This document shows, one piece after another, positions 40,717-51,274 of a stretch of DNA of 64,000 nucleotides. The position numbers and the translations under genes are program-made. The notes under the pieces are model-generated. The model was not told the origin of the DNA and did not search any database. It was given only the letters and a program-made list of their open reading frames with translations. The DNA is from a virus (lineage: Duplodnaviria; Caudoviricetes), in IMG/VR virus record IMGVR_UViG_3300009158_002556, positions 16,927 through 80,926 of that record. One strand, written 5' to 3'. Position 1 is the stretch's first letter; the number at the start of each line of letters is the position of its first letter.

Positions 40717-41047
40717 TATAGATGGTACATTAGTTAAACACTATCCTCCTGATATAAATTCCGTGCCTGACTTTGAGTTAACTTTGTTGTCTGGTACATT
40801 GGAAACGCTCAGAGAATGGGATCGTAAAGGATATAATATAATACTTGTTACAGGTAGAAGAGAGAGTATGAGACAATCAACAGAAAAACAATTAAAAAAA
40901 ATAGGTATATTTTACGACCAACTAATTATGGGTATAGGCGGCGGACAACGTGTTATAATAAATGATTTTAAACCGAACAGTGACGAACCTACGGCAGCAC
41001 ACTTTTGTTTAAAAAGAAACGATGGTATATCAAGTTTAAATTTATAA
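40682..41047 (+). CDS. small HAD-family phosphatase
   Basis: FCDIDGT, VTGR and IINDFKP. Confidence 0.85.
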   Translation: MNYTKPKTIFCDIDGTLVKHYPPDINSVPDFELTLLSGTLETLREWDRKGYNIILVTGRRESMRQSTEKQLKKIGIFYDQLIMGIGGGQRVIINDFKPNSDEPTAAHFCLKRNDGISSLNL

Positions 41048-41111
41048 AACGACATGTATATACAATTAAAAAAATCTCAGCAACCGATATAACAGTGATT
41101 TTATAAATAAT

Positions 41112-41783
41112 ATGACAAATAAAGAATTAAGAGCCAAATACGGAGACTTTACAAAACACAATTACTACACTTACCCAGATCATTTCTTTAGCCCAAAGGA
41201 TGATTTTACCCTAAACATTCCTGTTTGGAGTAGTTACTTCACCAGATTTCTTGATCAAGAGAATCTACTTTTCCTAGAAATTGGTACTGGTCATGGTAGA
41301 TCTTCAGTGTGGATGTTGGAAAATGTTTTAACTCAACCAAACTCAAGAATCATTACTGTTGATATAGAAGATGTACGTAAGTACAAAAAAGGAGACTTAT
41401 CATTTGACTTTGGCGATTCTTTATCGTTAACATTAACTCAGAATCTTCAACCTTATATTGATAAAAATAAGTGTGAGTTTTATGTCACTGACTCCAAAGA
41501 GTTTTTACGTAAATTGTATGGTGGCACCTTGGGATCTAAGTTTCTTGGTAGCGATCCTAAGAACGTATTTGACTTCATCTACCTTGATGGATGTCACGAA
41601 CCAGATTATGTTATGCATGAAGCCGCAATTAGTTTTGAATTGTTAAAGAAAGGCGGATTTATTCTATTCGATGATTATGGTTGGGGTAAATGCAGATATG
41701 GTATCGAAGCATTCTTGGAATGTTATAAGGGTAAGTACAATTTATTAATCAAGGAATGGCAAGTATTGATTGAAAAAATATGA
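41112..41783 (+). CDS. SAM methyltransferase (Methyltransf_24-like)
   Basis: FLEIGTGHGRS, DFIYLDGCH and LFDDY. Confidence 0.88.
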   Translation: MTNKELRAKYGDFTKHNYYTYPDHFFSPKDDFTLNIPVWSSYFTRFLDQENLLFLEIGTGHGRSSVWMLENVLTQPNSRIITVDIEDVRKYKKGDLSFDFGDSLSLTLTQNLQPYIDKNKCEFYVTDSKEFLRKLYGGTLGSKFLGSDPKNVFDFIYLDGCHEPDYVMHEAAISFELLKKGGFILFDDYGWGKCRYGIEAFLECYKGKYNLLIKEWQVLIEKI

Positions 41784-42610
41784 TAAATATTAATAGTTTT
41801 GACGAGTTTAAAACTCTGATGAATAATCATAAAAGTTTTACTGTAAGAAGAGGTCGTGACGGATTTGGATCCCAAATGTATGCAACTATTATAGGTTTTT
41901 GTATATCAAAACAAATTAATAAACCATATTACTATTCAAGTTTATCGCCGATATCATTGATGAATGTGTCATTGTGGGGAAACTCTACAGAGAAAGCAAA
42001 TAATGTATTAAGTAAAATAATGAAAAATCTCAACATCGATCACGTTGAGAATAATTCGGGTGGATGTTTAAGTATACAACTTCCATATGGTTGTACAAAC
42101 GAACAAACATTCTCAGATAAAACTTTATCAGATTTACATAATAGCTGGCCATTACCAAAACCATCCTATTTTGAAAGTGATCATGTTATAAGCATTCATA
42201 TTCGTAGAGGATTAGATATCATTAAAAAAGATAAACATCGATTTTCAAGATGGGTTGAAGACCCAAACTTTTATAAAGATATGGTTTATAAATTATCAAC
42301 AAAATATCCAAAATCTAAAATCCATATTTTCTGTTGGGGAGAATGTGGTTTAGAGGATATAAAAAATGATAATTTAACAATTCATAATTCGGGTGGAAAT
42401 AACTTCATAGAAGACTTTAATGCATTTGTACACTCGGATATGTTAATTGTAGCCGGAAGCACATTTAGTGTAAGTGCCGCGTTCTTTAATAAAAACACAA
42501 TATTGTGTTCCAGTAAAATTTTGAAATTTAGTTCTCTCGTAGAAGAGAAATGTTATTCATCACCATTTCCAGAAATTTGGGAACAAAATTATAATTCAAC
42601 GCTTACGTAA
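41780..42610 (+). CDS. fucosyltransferase-like (GT11/GT23) glycosyltransferase
   Basis: DGFGSQ, SIHIRRG and SDMLIVAGSTFS. Confidence 0.68.
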   Translation: MININSFDEFKTLMNNHKSFTVRRGRDGFGSQMYATIIGFCISKQINKPYYYSSLSPISLMNVSLWGNSTEKANNVLSKIMKNLNIDHVENNSGGCLSIQLPYGCTNEQTFSDKTLSDLHNSWPLPKPSYFESDHVISIHIRRGLDIIKKDKHRFSRWVEDPNFYKDMVYKLSTKYPKSKIHIFCWGECGLEDIKNDNLTIHNSGGNNFIEDFNAFVHSDMLIVAGSTFSVSAAFFNKNTILCSSKILKFSSLVEEKCYSSPFPEIWEQNYNSTLT

Positions 42611-43608
42611 TGAAAATCCAAATATTAGAACTAGAAAAACATCGTAACGAAACAACATTTAGACCTTATCTAAGTGCAATACAAACGTTTAATGAGTATG
42701 GTATTGAATTCGTAAATGAAAACCCAGACATGTATTGGGTTGGTCAAGCATCTGTTGTAAATAAAAAAGTATCTCTTCAAGAATCAATTGATAACGGATG
42801 TAAGTTTTTAGAAAATTTGGATGCTCCTTATGTGTTATTTGATGGTCAAGATTCATCATCGTTGATGGGTGTGTGGGACGTATTTAGTAAAATACCAGGC
42901 TTTAAATTAGCAAAGAATGTTGTACTAAAAAATTATTCATCTTATACCAAAAAATTTCCAAATGGCAGATGGTTTTGGGGTGAGAGTGAAACTGGATATA
43001 GTGTATCATCGGCTGACCTAGAATTATTAAATAAACGATTGGTACATAGTGGCACAAATTGGTTAAATACATTTGGTAACAAGATGGAGTTTGCCAAGAT
43101 CAATAAAAACAAAAAACATGACGTTGCGGTACTTATTGGTCTATGTCCCGAGAACTATGAATATGGTAATCGGGTGGATGAATATTACAATGGTCCTCGT
43201 AGAAAACTATTTGAAGAAGTCAAGAAACTTGATTGTAATGTAATAACCACTGAAGCTACTGGCAAATTAGATAAACAAAAATACATGCAAACTCTATATG
43301 ATAGCAAACTTTGTATATCACCATTTGGTTATGGAGAAGTAAATATCAGAGAAGTTGAATGTATTGTCGCTGGTACTCCTACTATCAAACCCAACATTGA
43401 ATGTGTAAAAAGCACTCCATTTATTTATGGTAATGGATTTACATTGGATTGTAAGTCTGATTTCTCCGATTTAAAAGATGTTGTTGAATTTGCATTGTCA
43501 AACTACGATGATAGTATCAATTTATTAAATCAGCAACGTGAAGTGTTTTATCATAAATCAACCGATAACTACATCGTTAAACATGTAATCAAAAATATAT
43601 TGTCATAA
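42610..43608 (+). CDS. GT-B glycosyltransferase-like protein
   Basis: YMQTLYDSKLCISPFGYGE..IREVE...GTPTIKP. Confidence 0.65.
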   Translation: MKIQILELEKHRNETTFRPYLSAIQTFNEYGIEFVNENPDMYWVGQASVVNKKVSLQESIDNGCKFLENLDAPYVLFDGQDSSSLMGVWDVFSKIPGFKLAKNVVLKNYSSYTKKFPNGRWFWGESETGYSVSSADLELLNKRLVHSGTNWLNTFGNKMEFAKINKNKKHDVAVLIGLCPENYEYGNRVDEYYNGPRRKLFEEVKKLDCNVITTEATGKLDKQKYMQTLYDSKLCISPFGYGEVNIREVECIVAGTPTIKPNIECVKSTPFIYGNGFTLDCKSDFSDLKDVVEFALSNYDDSINLLNQQREVFYHKSTDNYIVKHVIKNILS

Positions 43609-44621
43609 TGAAACTATCAAAAAAATATGTCATAGGTACTCACGTCATGTTCTATGAAATAGAAATGTACAAGGAGTTTGTTGATGGATTAATTAATCTA
43701 ATTGACCCAATACAAAACAAAGAAAATATTCATCTACACTTTTGTTTCAACACTTCTCAATATTTTGAAAAGATTGATACCTCAAAGATTGATGTACATC
43801 AACTATCCGATAAGTTTTATGATGGTATACAAAAACTCAAAAATATAGGTATTAATGAGAAAAATTTAGTAATTGAGTTAAAAACAGATCACGATGAGAT
43901 TTACAATGTGGCTGATTATAGAAGAGATCTTAATTACAATTATTGTAAAAAGGTTGATTATATTATGTGGGGTGAGACTGATAGTTTCTTTCCAAAGGAA
44001 GCATTCAATGTAATTGAAAGCATTGCACATTATGGATCATCTGCCAATATACACAAGTATATTATTAGCTTTGCTGATCGTAAAATGTGGGATGATTCTT
44101 GGAAAGTAACAGAACATGTTGACTACGAAAATGTTAAGTTTATTGATACACCAGATCAAGTAAATAATAAAAATTATGCCAAGTCTCAATTGAGTATAGA
44201 AGAAATGAACACGGTAAATGCAAAAACAACTGAATTTGACATTCGTACATTATCTCAACCCAAGATAGATGGTAGTTGTTTGGTATTGTCATCTGACCTA
44301 ATCAAATCAGGTGTTAATCTTCCACATAGTTTGTTGTTGTATGGTGATGATTCTAGTATTGGTGTTATTGCCAAACAAATCATGGGTGATAAGTTTATTC
44401 AGTTTGTAATAAAGAATATTCTAAAGGTTCATGCCAGAAGACATCCCAACAAACGTTTATATATTCTAAATGAAGATAACCCTAGAGGTTTTTGTGGCGA
44501 TAAAAAGGGTGTGTGGTCAAATGTATTAGATCAACACTCCAAATTTAATCTACACAATATTCTTAAATCCCAAAATAAGTTCTTTACCTTTAAAGACGTT
44601 TTTGATAAAATAAACCTATGA
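43608..44621 (+). CDS. hypothetical protein, possible GT-A fold
   Basis: YIMWGETDSF; translationally coupled within the glycan operon. Confidence 0.45.
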   Translation: MKLSKKYVIGTHVMFYEIEMYKEFVDGLINLIDPIQNKENIHLHFCFNTSQYFEKIDTSKIDVHQLSDKFYDGIQKLKNIGINEKNLVIELKTDHDEIYNVADYRRDLNYNYCKKVDYIMWGETDSFFPKEAFNVIESIAHYGSSANIHKYIISFADRKMWDDSWKVTEHVDYENVKFIDTPDQVNNKNYAKSQLSIEEMNTVNAKTTEFDIRTLSQPKIDGSCLVLSSDLIKSGVNLPHSLLLYGDDSSIGVIAKQIMGDKFIQFVIKNILKVHARRHPNKRLYILNEDNPRGFCGDKKGVWSNVLDQHSKFNLHNILKSQNKFFTFKDVFDKINL

Positions 44622-45184
44622 CTATAGACGAAATACTATCTTTGGTACCAGACAAATTTGAACACAAAACCACCACTTCAAAAAAGTTTAAGCGTGATGT
44701 TTTTACATTCTTTGATAAACCCGAGTTCAAAAACAAAACTGCTTTGGAAATTGGATCCAATTTGGGTTATACCACCTTTATTCTAAGTTACCTATTCAAC
44801 CAAGTATATGGCATCAATGAAAAAGAATTTGACAAGGCCGATGAGTTTTGTAAACAAAATGGTAGAACCAACGTCAAGTTCTTTGGTCAAGATGTATACA
44901 AATACGGGCTTCCTGTTGATACTGCCGATGTAATTATGGTGGATGCTCTCCACACCTACGATGCGGTCCAAATAGACGTATATAACGCCTTAAAGTTAAA
45001 ATCGGACGGTAAGAAGTACTTCATCTTTGACGATGTGGGCGCTTATCCAGAAATTATCAACTCACTCAATGATCTTTTTGAAAAAAATGTTATTAAGCCA
45101 ATCGTAAAGATCGGTCATAGTGATGAAGAAAAGTTCACCAGGCCATTACATGATTGGGAAGGAGTAATTTGCATCGAAGTATGA
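44618..45184 (+). CDS. SAM methyltransferase
   Basis: ALEIGSNLGYT, IMVDALHTY and IFDD. Confidence 0.8.
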   Translation: MTIDEILSLVPDKFEHKTTTSKKFKRDVFTFFDKPEFKNKTALEIGSNLGYTTFILSYLFNQVYGINEKEFDKADEFCKQNGRTNVKFFGQDVYKYGLPVDTADVIMVDALHTYDAVQIDVYNALKLKSDGKKYFIFDDVGAYPEIINSLNDLFEKNVIKPIVKIGHSDEEKFTRPLHDWEGVICIEV

Positions 45185-46131
45185 ACATTTGTTTTATCAG
45201 TCAAAATGGTCATAGTGGTAAGTTACCAAGAAACTTTGTAAACTGTCGTACAGAGTTTGCGTGGCAAATTGCTTTGAATGCCGATCACTATAACTTTCAA
45301 GAATGGTTTTTATCTAACAAAAATAAAAGTTATGATTTAATTATAGTTTTGTTACCCAAGAAACTTGAAATTGTTGACACAAATATGTTATTAGAAAGTG
45401 TCAAATCTTCTGGTAAGAAGGTAACTGTTATGCAAGAAGGACCAGCTTGGTACTATCAAGATTATAATTATGTCAACCAAGTTAATTATATTAACTTTGT
45501 GAGTGAGATGGATTTTCTACTAACTCACAATACTAGTGATATTTCATACTTCAAAGGTGTATTTAATAAACCTTCATTCAATCTACAATCTCTTATGATT
45601 GAAGATACTATCAAAGATGTACCCCGTGAAAACAACAAGATACCTATTATTGGTGGTAACTTTTGTAGTTGGTATGGTGGTATAGATAGTTACTTTGTAG
45701 CGCAAGTATTCAACAAACCCATCTTTATACCAAGTATGGGTCGTAAAATAGAAAACGAAGATCAATTTCCTAGTTTACATCATTTACCATACATGATGTG
45801 GAATGAATGGATTAAAGCACTCGCTAATTTTAATGTGGGTATACATTTGATGCGTACTCACGCAGCTGGTACTTTTGCTCTCAATTGTGCATATCTAGGT
45901 ATACCATGTATCGGATATAAAGGATTAGATACACAACAAATATTACACCCAGAGTTATCTGTGGATATTGGTGACATTGAACAATCAAAAAAGCTAGCAA
46001 ATAAACTTAAAAACGACATTTCTTTTTATAATTCGTGTTCACAACAATCTAGAGAATTATATCAAATATATTATACAGAACAAAAATGGTTAGATAATTG
46101 GAAAACAATATATGAGCAAATCAAAAACTAA
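45154..46131 (+). CDS. GT-B-like glycosyltransferase
   Basis: GTFALNCAYLGIPCIG; likely start ATG 45181 (ATGA overlap). Confidence 0.55.
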   Translation: MGRSNLHRSMNICFISQNGHSGKLPRNFVNCRTEFAWQIALNADHYNFQEWFLSNKNKSYDLIIVLLPKKLEIVDTNMLLESVKSSGKKVTVMQEGPAWYYQDYNYVNQVNYINFVSEMDFLLTHNTSDISYFKGVFNKPSFNLQSLMIEDTIKDVPRENNKIPIIGGNFCSWYGGIDSYFVAQVFNKPIFIPSMGRKIENEDQFPSLHHLPYMMWNEWIKALANFNVGIHLMRTHAAGTFALNCAYLGIPCIGYKGLDTQQILHPELSVDIGDIEQSKKLANKLKNDISFYNSCSQQSRELYQIYYTEQKWLDNWKTIYEQIKN

Positions 46132-46918
46132 AATTGGTATCGTTGGTTATGGATATGTAGGAAAAGCATTTCATACATTTTTCAAAGATCATTATGAGGT
46201 TGTAATTCGTGATCCACTTTATCCAAACTCTGTATCCAAGGAAGAAATTAATCAATGTGAATTGGGTGTGGTTTGTGTACCAACCCCATCAAATACTGAT
46301 GGTAGTTGTGATACGAGTATTGTTGAAGAATCTGTATCATGGATGACCAATCCTATCATTCTCATCAAGTCAACTATTGAAATTGGTACAACTCGTAGGT
46401 TGATTGAAAAGTATAATAAGAAGATTGTATTTAGTCCAGAGTTTGCTGGTGAGTCCAAATACTGGACTCCACAGGGTTTTACAACTGATGTTAAACAAAC
46501 CCCATTCTTTATTTTTGGTTCAGATGATAAATCAGTTGGACATAGATTGGTTGACATTTATATGCCAATCACTGGACCAAGCAAAACATATCGTGTCACA
46601 GATAGTATTAGTGCAGAAATCACCAAGTATGTAGAAAACACTTACTTCGCAATGAAGGTTGCGTTTGTAAATGAACTATATGATTTGTGTGAGAAGAGTG
46701 GTACTCATTGGAGTGAAGTACGTGATCTATGGTTGTTAGATCCAAGAACCAACAAGTCTCACACAGCTGTATTTGCTAATGAACGTGGTTTTGGTGGCAA
46801 GTGTTTACCAAAAGATACAAAGGCTATGGTTGGATATGGTGACAAACTTGGTGTGGATCTATCAATCTTGAAGACCGTATTAAAGAGTAACGAACAAATG
46901 GTAAAACAAAATGGCTAA
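46112..46918 (+). CDS. short UDP-glucose/GDP-mannose dehydrogenase family protein
   Basis: GIVGYGYVG, VCVPTP, KSTI, SPEF, KYVEN and GFGGKCLPKD; no C-terminal UDP-binding domain. Confidence 0.88.
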   Translation: MSKSKTKIGIVGYGYVGKAFHTFFKDHYEVVIRDPLYPNSVSKEEINQCELGVVCVPTPSNTDGSCDTSIVEESVSWMTNPIILIKSTIEIGTTRRLIEKYNKKIVFSPEFAGESKYWTPQGFTTDVKQTPFFIFGSDDKSVGHRLVDIYMPITGPSKTYRVTDSISAEITKYVENTYFAMKVAFVNELYDLCEKSGTHWSEVRDLWLLDPRTNKSHTAVFANERGFGGKCLPKDTKAMVGYGDKLGVDLSILKTVLKSNEQMVKQNG

Positions 46919-47672
46919 GAATTGCATATTAATGGTCGCTATTGAGGATGAATTATCCAAACATTCTCATAAAACCTATTTTGAACACACCATCAATAGT
47001 TGGCAATATTATTGTAACAAGCATAATATTGACTTCTACGTAGTTAGGATCAAGAGACCAGACGTTAAGTATAGTGTTTGGCACAAAGAATTTGTATTTG
47101 ATTATGTAGGAGATGATTATGAAAAAATCGGTGTTGTTGACTTTGATACAATGATCAAATGGGATGCTCCTAACATCTTTGATTTATACGACGATGAGTT
47201 TTGTGGTGTGTTAGACAATGTTTCGATTCAGTGGATTGATAAAAGTCTAAAGGCTTTTAGATCTTCATTTGAAGAGTTGTCTGATGTTCCTATGACACTA
47301 TCTCAATATATTAACGGCGGAGTATTATTTTTTCATAAATCACACAAACCATTTTTTGAAAAACTCAAGAACTTTTATTTAACCAACAAAGACAAAATGG
47401 ATAACTGGAGTATTCCAGGTGTTGGTAAGGAACAATCTATCTTGAACTTGTTCTTGGTCAAAGAAGACATCAAAAGAAAAACACTTCCATATTGTTGGAA
47501 TACGGTTGGTATGGTAAAGAAGGGAATGTTATGGCACAATGATAAATTGGATGATAAAACTACCTTTTTGTTTAAGTATGGGTATATTTGGCACTTCACA
47601 GGCATTCCTATTCAAGATAGAAACAATATAATCAATGATGTTTGGAAAAATATAAATCAATTCTACAAATGA
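46911..47672 (+). CDS. GT8/GT34-like glycosyltransferase
   Basis: VDFDT, YINGG, EQSILN and WHFTG. Confidence 0.72.
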   Translation: MAKNCILMVAIEDELSKHSHKTYFEHTINSWQYYCNKHNIDFYVVRIKRPDVKYSVWHKEFVFDYVGDDYEKIGVVDFDTMIKWDAPNIFDLYDDEFCGVLDNVSIQWIDKSLKAFRSSFEELSDVPMTLSQYINGGVLFFHKSHKPFFEKLKNFYLTNKDKMDNWSIPGVGKEQSILNLFLVKEDIKRKTLPYCWNTVGMVKKGMLWHNDKLDDKTTFLFKYGYIWHFTGIPIQDRNNIINDVWKNINQFYK

Positions 47673-48442
47673 AAAATATCATTTTAATACCAGCCGTTGT
47701 TTCTGCTAACAACGAAAAGAAACTTCGTAATACTCCACTGATTAACAAGATTTATGAATATAGCATAAATAGTTGGAAGCATTTTGCTAAAAAATATGAT
47801 TGTCAAGTGGTTGTATTGGATGAACCATTGATGGATACCAATGTTACTAGTTTGGCATGGCAACGTTATTATGCGTTGGACTTGTTGGAACAAAGCAATA
47901 TTAAGTATAATCAAGTATTGATAGTTGATGCTGATACTATTGTACATCCAAATTGTCCTAATTTCTTTGAATTAACCAACAACAAATATACAGGTGTACA
48001 CGATGGTGTTGTATATGAATGGGTCATTCGTAGTACCGAGTGTTATAGCAAATTACTATTTAACGATTATAAATTAGATGTGTGGAAATATATCAATGGT
48101 GGATTTCAAATATTCAATGAATCTCACAAAGGTCATTTAAACTATCTAAAAGAGTTTTATCTTGAAAATCGTGAACATATTTATCAATTAGAATCTACTA
48201 TCAAGCTTGGTACAGATCAAACCCCTATGAATTTCTTACTTCAAATGAACAACGTTGACGTAAATATTCTACCATATGAATATAATATGATGGGTTTGTT
48301 CTTGACGGATGGTTTAACTGATGATTTAATTTTTACAGATTATGGATGGGTTTACCATTTTAATGGTATTCCTGATACTAGTTATGGTACAAAGGTTGAG
48401 TACTATATGAACAAAACCTATAATAAGTTATATAAACCATGA
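47642..48442 (+). CDS. GT8/GT34-like glycosyltransferase (paralog)
   Basis: VDADT, YINGG, DQTPMN and YHFNG; likely start ATG 47669. Confidence 0.72.
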   Translation: MEKYKSILQMKNIILIPAVVSANNEKKLRNTPLINKIYEYSINSWKHFAKKYDCQVVVLDEPLMDTNVTSLAWQRYYALDLLEQSNIKYNQVLIVDADTIVHPNCPNFFELTNNKYTGVHDGVVYEWVIRSTECYSKLLFNDYKLDVWKYINGGFQIFNESHKGHLNYLKEFYLENREHIYQLESTIKLGTDQTPMNFLLQMNNVDVNILPYEYNMMGLFLTDGLTDDLIFTDYGWVYHFNGIPDTSYGTKVEYYMNKTYNKLYKP

Positions 48443-49122
48443 AATATACGATTTGCACCGTTGTTAATGACATATATTGGGATTTTTTATATTATTTTAC
48501 AAAATCGGCTCTTGAAAAGTGTAACGACATGGCCGAACTAATTGTATTATATACCGGTGAAAATTTCAAAGAAGATCCGATTTTCAATAATAACCGAGTT
48601 AAAATTGTCAAATACCATGGATCTATTACTACAAAAAATATATGGGATGAGGGATGGCAAAAAAATATTGATCTTAAAACTCAGTTCTTACGTGACTTAG
48701 CTACTAAGAAGGACAATCCTATATTTTTAATAGACGTTGATTGTTACTTTTTACATGAGTTTATTGATGTCATAGATATGACCAAAGATATAGCTGTTAC
48801 AAAACGTATACATACGTCGCCATATATAGCATCGTTCGTTGGTTTAATTAAACCAAAGGCTTGTTTAGAATTCATTGATGTTTGGAGGCACAACATGAGT
48901 AAGATACCAACTGTACCAAGAGAATCTACGGCTTTGGTTCGTACAATTCCATCAATGAAAGATAAAGTTTTAATACAAGAAATCCCAGAAACAACAATCA
49001 ATTGTATTAATTTTCAGTCAACTCCAACTGAAGCAAGAATTTTACATTTTAAATCACATAAAATTGGAGATGCTATAGAATTAGTAAAGAAAAGACTCGA
49101 AAATCTAAAATCTATTGTATAA
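48439..49122 (+). CDS. putative nucleotide-diphospho-sugar transferase (GT-A)
   Basis: LIDVDC and ILHFK. Confidence 0.55.
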   Translation: MKYTICTVVNDIYWDFLYYFTKSALEKCNDMAELIVLYTGENFKEDPIFNNNRVKIVKYHGSITTKNIWDEGWQKNIDLKTQFLRDLATKKDNPIFLIDVDCYFLHEFIDVIDMTKDIAVTKRIHTSPYIASFVGLIKPKACLEFIDVWRHNMSKIPTVPRESTALVRTIPSMKDKVLIQEIPETTINCINFQSTPTEARILHFKSHKIGDAIELVKKRLENLKSIV

Positions 49123-50441
49123 TGTGTAGTTTTTATTTTAGTAATCAATATCTAGGTAATCTTGAAGAACTCAATAAATTCTTGAAACCAAGAGGTCCAG
49201 ACTATACTAATTTGGTAGAAGTTGATGGTTATACATTGGTTCATAATCTATTGAGTTTGACGGGTGATTTTACTATTCAACCACTAAGTAAGAACAACAT
49301 ACATGTGTTGTTTAATGGAGAAATTTATAACTTCAAAGACTTTGATTCAAACGCAAAGTGTGATAGTGAAGTTATCATAGATCTGTATCAGAAGTATGGC
49401 CCAGAGTTTACCAGTAAATTAGATGGTGAATATGCTATTTTGATCTTGGATTTAAATACCAAACGAATCATTTTCTCAGCGGATACCTTTAGAACCAAAC
49501 CATTATTTTATAGTATTGAAGACAAAGCTATATCTGTTTCTACATATACTACCCCTATCTTGTTATCAAATTTTAAGAAGGCAAATAAGGTAGAAGCCAA
49601 TACAACTTATATTTATGATATTAAATCTGGTCAATTAACTACCAGAACAATTACTAACTTCAATCTTGACCAATACAAAAATAATGTAGATGATTGGATC
49701 TCAAAGTTTGATAGAGCTATTGAAAAAAGAACCAAGTTTTCTGCCGATAAGAAGTTCTTTATAGGACTTAGTAGTGGATATGATAGTGGAATTATAAGTT
49801 GTGCGTTGAATAAAACTAGTATTGACTACAAAGCATATAGCGTTGCTGCATCTGAAAATATTGATATAATCAAACAAAGATTTAATATTATCAAGAATAA
49901 AGAGTTGATTAATCTTAAAAAGTCTGAATTTGATTATCAGTCTGCAAATTTGTTTGGTATTAAATGTGAAGATTTTACCAGTCAGGATTTGGGTATTAAT
50001 ATAAGATCAGATAAAGCGTGTTATGGACTTGCTCATATTTGTACATTAGCTCAACGAGATAGTAGAAAAATATACATATCTGGTCAAGGTGCCGATGAGA
50101 TCATTTCCGACTATGGTATGAACGGCAATAAAATCTATGGTCATAGTACATTCGGTGGTGTGTTTCCATCTGATCTAAGATCCATCTTTCCGTGGAAAAA
50201 TTTCTTCAAAGGTACTCAAGAACTTTATATATCTAAAGAAGAATATGTTGCGGGATCGTTTGGTATAGAATCAAGATATCCATTCTTGGATTTGGACTTG
50301 GTTCAGGAGTATTTAAACTTATCCACCGATGTAAAAAATAAAAAGTATAAGCATGTAATCCACGAATATTTATTGAGAAATAACTTCCCATTTGAACAAA
50401 ACAAAAAAATTGGGTTTCAAGCAAATAAAAATTTACAATAG
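49122..50441 (+). CDS. AsnB-like glutamine amidotransferase
   Basis: N-terminal Cys (MCSF), RGPD, FNGEIYN, LSSGYDS, SGQGADE and RYPFLD. Confidence 0.92.
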   Translation: MCSFYFSNQYLGNLEELNKFLKPRGPDYTNLVEVDGYTLVHNLLSLTGDFTIQPLSKNNIHVLFNGEIYNFKDFDSNAKCDSEVIIDLYQKYGPEFTSKLDGEYAILILDLNTKRIIFSADTFRTKPLFYSIEDKAISVSTYTTPILLSNFKKANKVEANTTYIYDIKSGQLTTRTITNFNLDQYKNNVDDWISKFDRAIEKRTKFSADKKFFIGLSSGYDSGIISCALNKTSIDYKAYSVAASENIDIIKQRFNIIKNKELINLKKSEFDYQSANLFGIKCEDFTSQDLGINIRSDKACYGLAHICTLAQRDSRKIYISGQGADEIISDYGMNGNKIYGHSTFGGVFPSDLRSIFPWKNFFKGTQELYISKEEYVAGSFGIESRYPFLDLDLVQEYLNLSTDVKNKKYKHVIHEYLLRNNFPFEQNKKIGFQANKNLQ

Positions 50442-50443
50442 TT

Positions 50444-51274
50444 ATGTTATTATATAATAATACAATAATCGATATTTTAGATGGCGGTCTAGGTAACAAA
50501 TTCAATGGCTTGTTTCAGGGAATCTATCTACATAAAAAATTAAATAAGAATCTAGTAATTAATAATGTAAGAAATCATTCAAGCGATTTTAATCTAAAAT
50601 TATTATTTGACTTTGATTATGAATATATCGAAAATACTATAACCGAGTTGGATAATAAACTAGATCTTGGTATTCCAATTTATTTGCATAAAAATCATTT
50701 AAACTATAAAAGACGAGTTATAGTAAATAATAATAATTATGTAGACACAACATTTGTATTTTTAACAGATAGTCTCGGTGTGTCGGGTGATATTTTGAAA
50801 GAATGTTATAAGAGTATAAAAATAACACAATCTATACTGGATCAGGTTTCTAACTTTGTTAACCAATATAATATTTCAAAAGAAACTCTAAGTTTACACA
50901 TACGTGGATCTGATAGTCCTGGTAGAGATGAAAATATAAGAACATCGCTTGATTTTATATCAAAAAATAAGGATAAACGATTTTTTATTTGCACCGATGA
51001 AAAAACAATCGAAGATCAGTTGAGAGGCAATCCTAATTTAATATTTTACAACAAAACTAGTTATACAGAAAAGTATGACAAATCGGCCGGTTGGAATGGT
51101 GCTATAGTTGATAATGATAATAGAAAATGGAACTATAATGCAGCACGTAACGAACAATCTATAGTAGAAGCGTTTATTGAGATGTTAATATTATCAAAAA
51201 CTACATGTTGTAGTAATAATCGTAGTACATTTTTAGCTTGGTCTAAAAGATTTGGAGAAAGTGGATTAATATGA
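50444..51274 (+). CDS. NodZ/GT23-like fucosyltransferase-like protein
   Basis: GGLGN, LHIRGSD, FICTD, EMLILS and STF. Confidence 0.7.
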   Translation: MLLYNNTIIDILDGGLGNKFNGLFQGIYLHKKLNKNLVINNVRNHSSDFNLKLLFDFDYEYIENTITELDNKLDLGIPIYLHKNHLNYKRRVIVNNNNYVDTTFVFLTDSLGVSGDILKECYKSIKITQSILDQVSNFVNQYNISKETLSLHIRGSDSPGRDENIRTSLDFISKNKDKRFFICTDEKTIEDQLRGNPNLIFYNKTSYTEKYDKSAGWNGAIVDNDNRKWNYNAARNEQSIVEAFIEMLILSKTTCCSNNRSTFLAWSKRFGESGLI

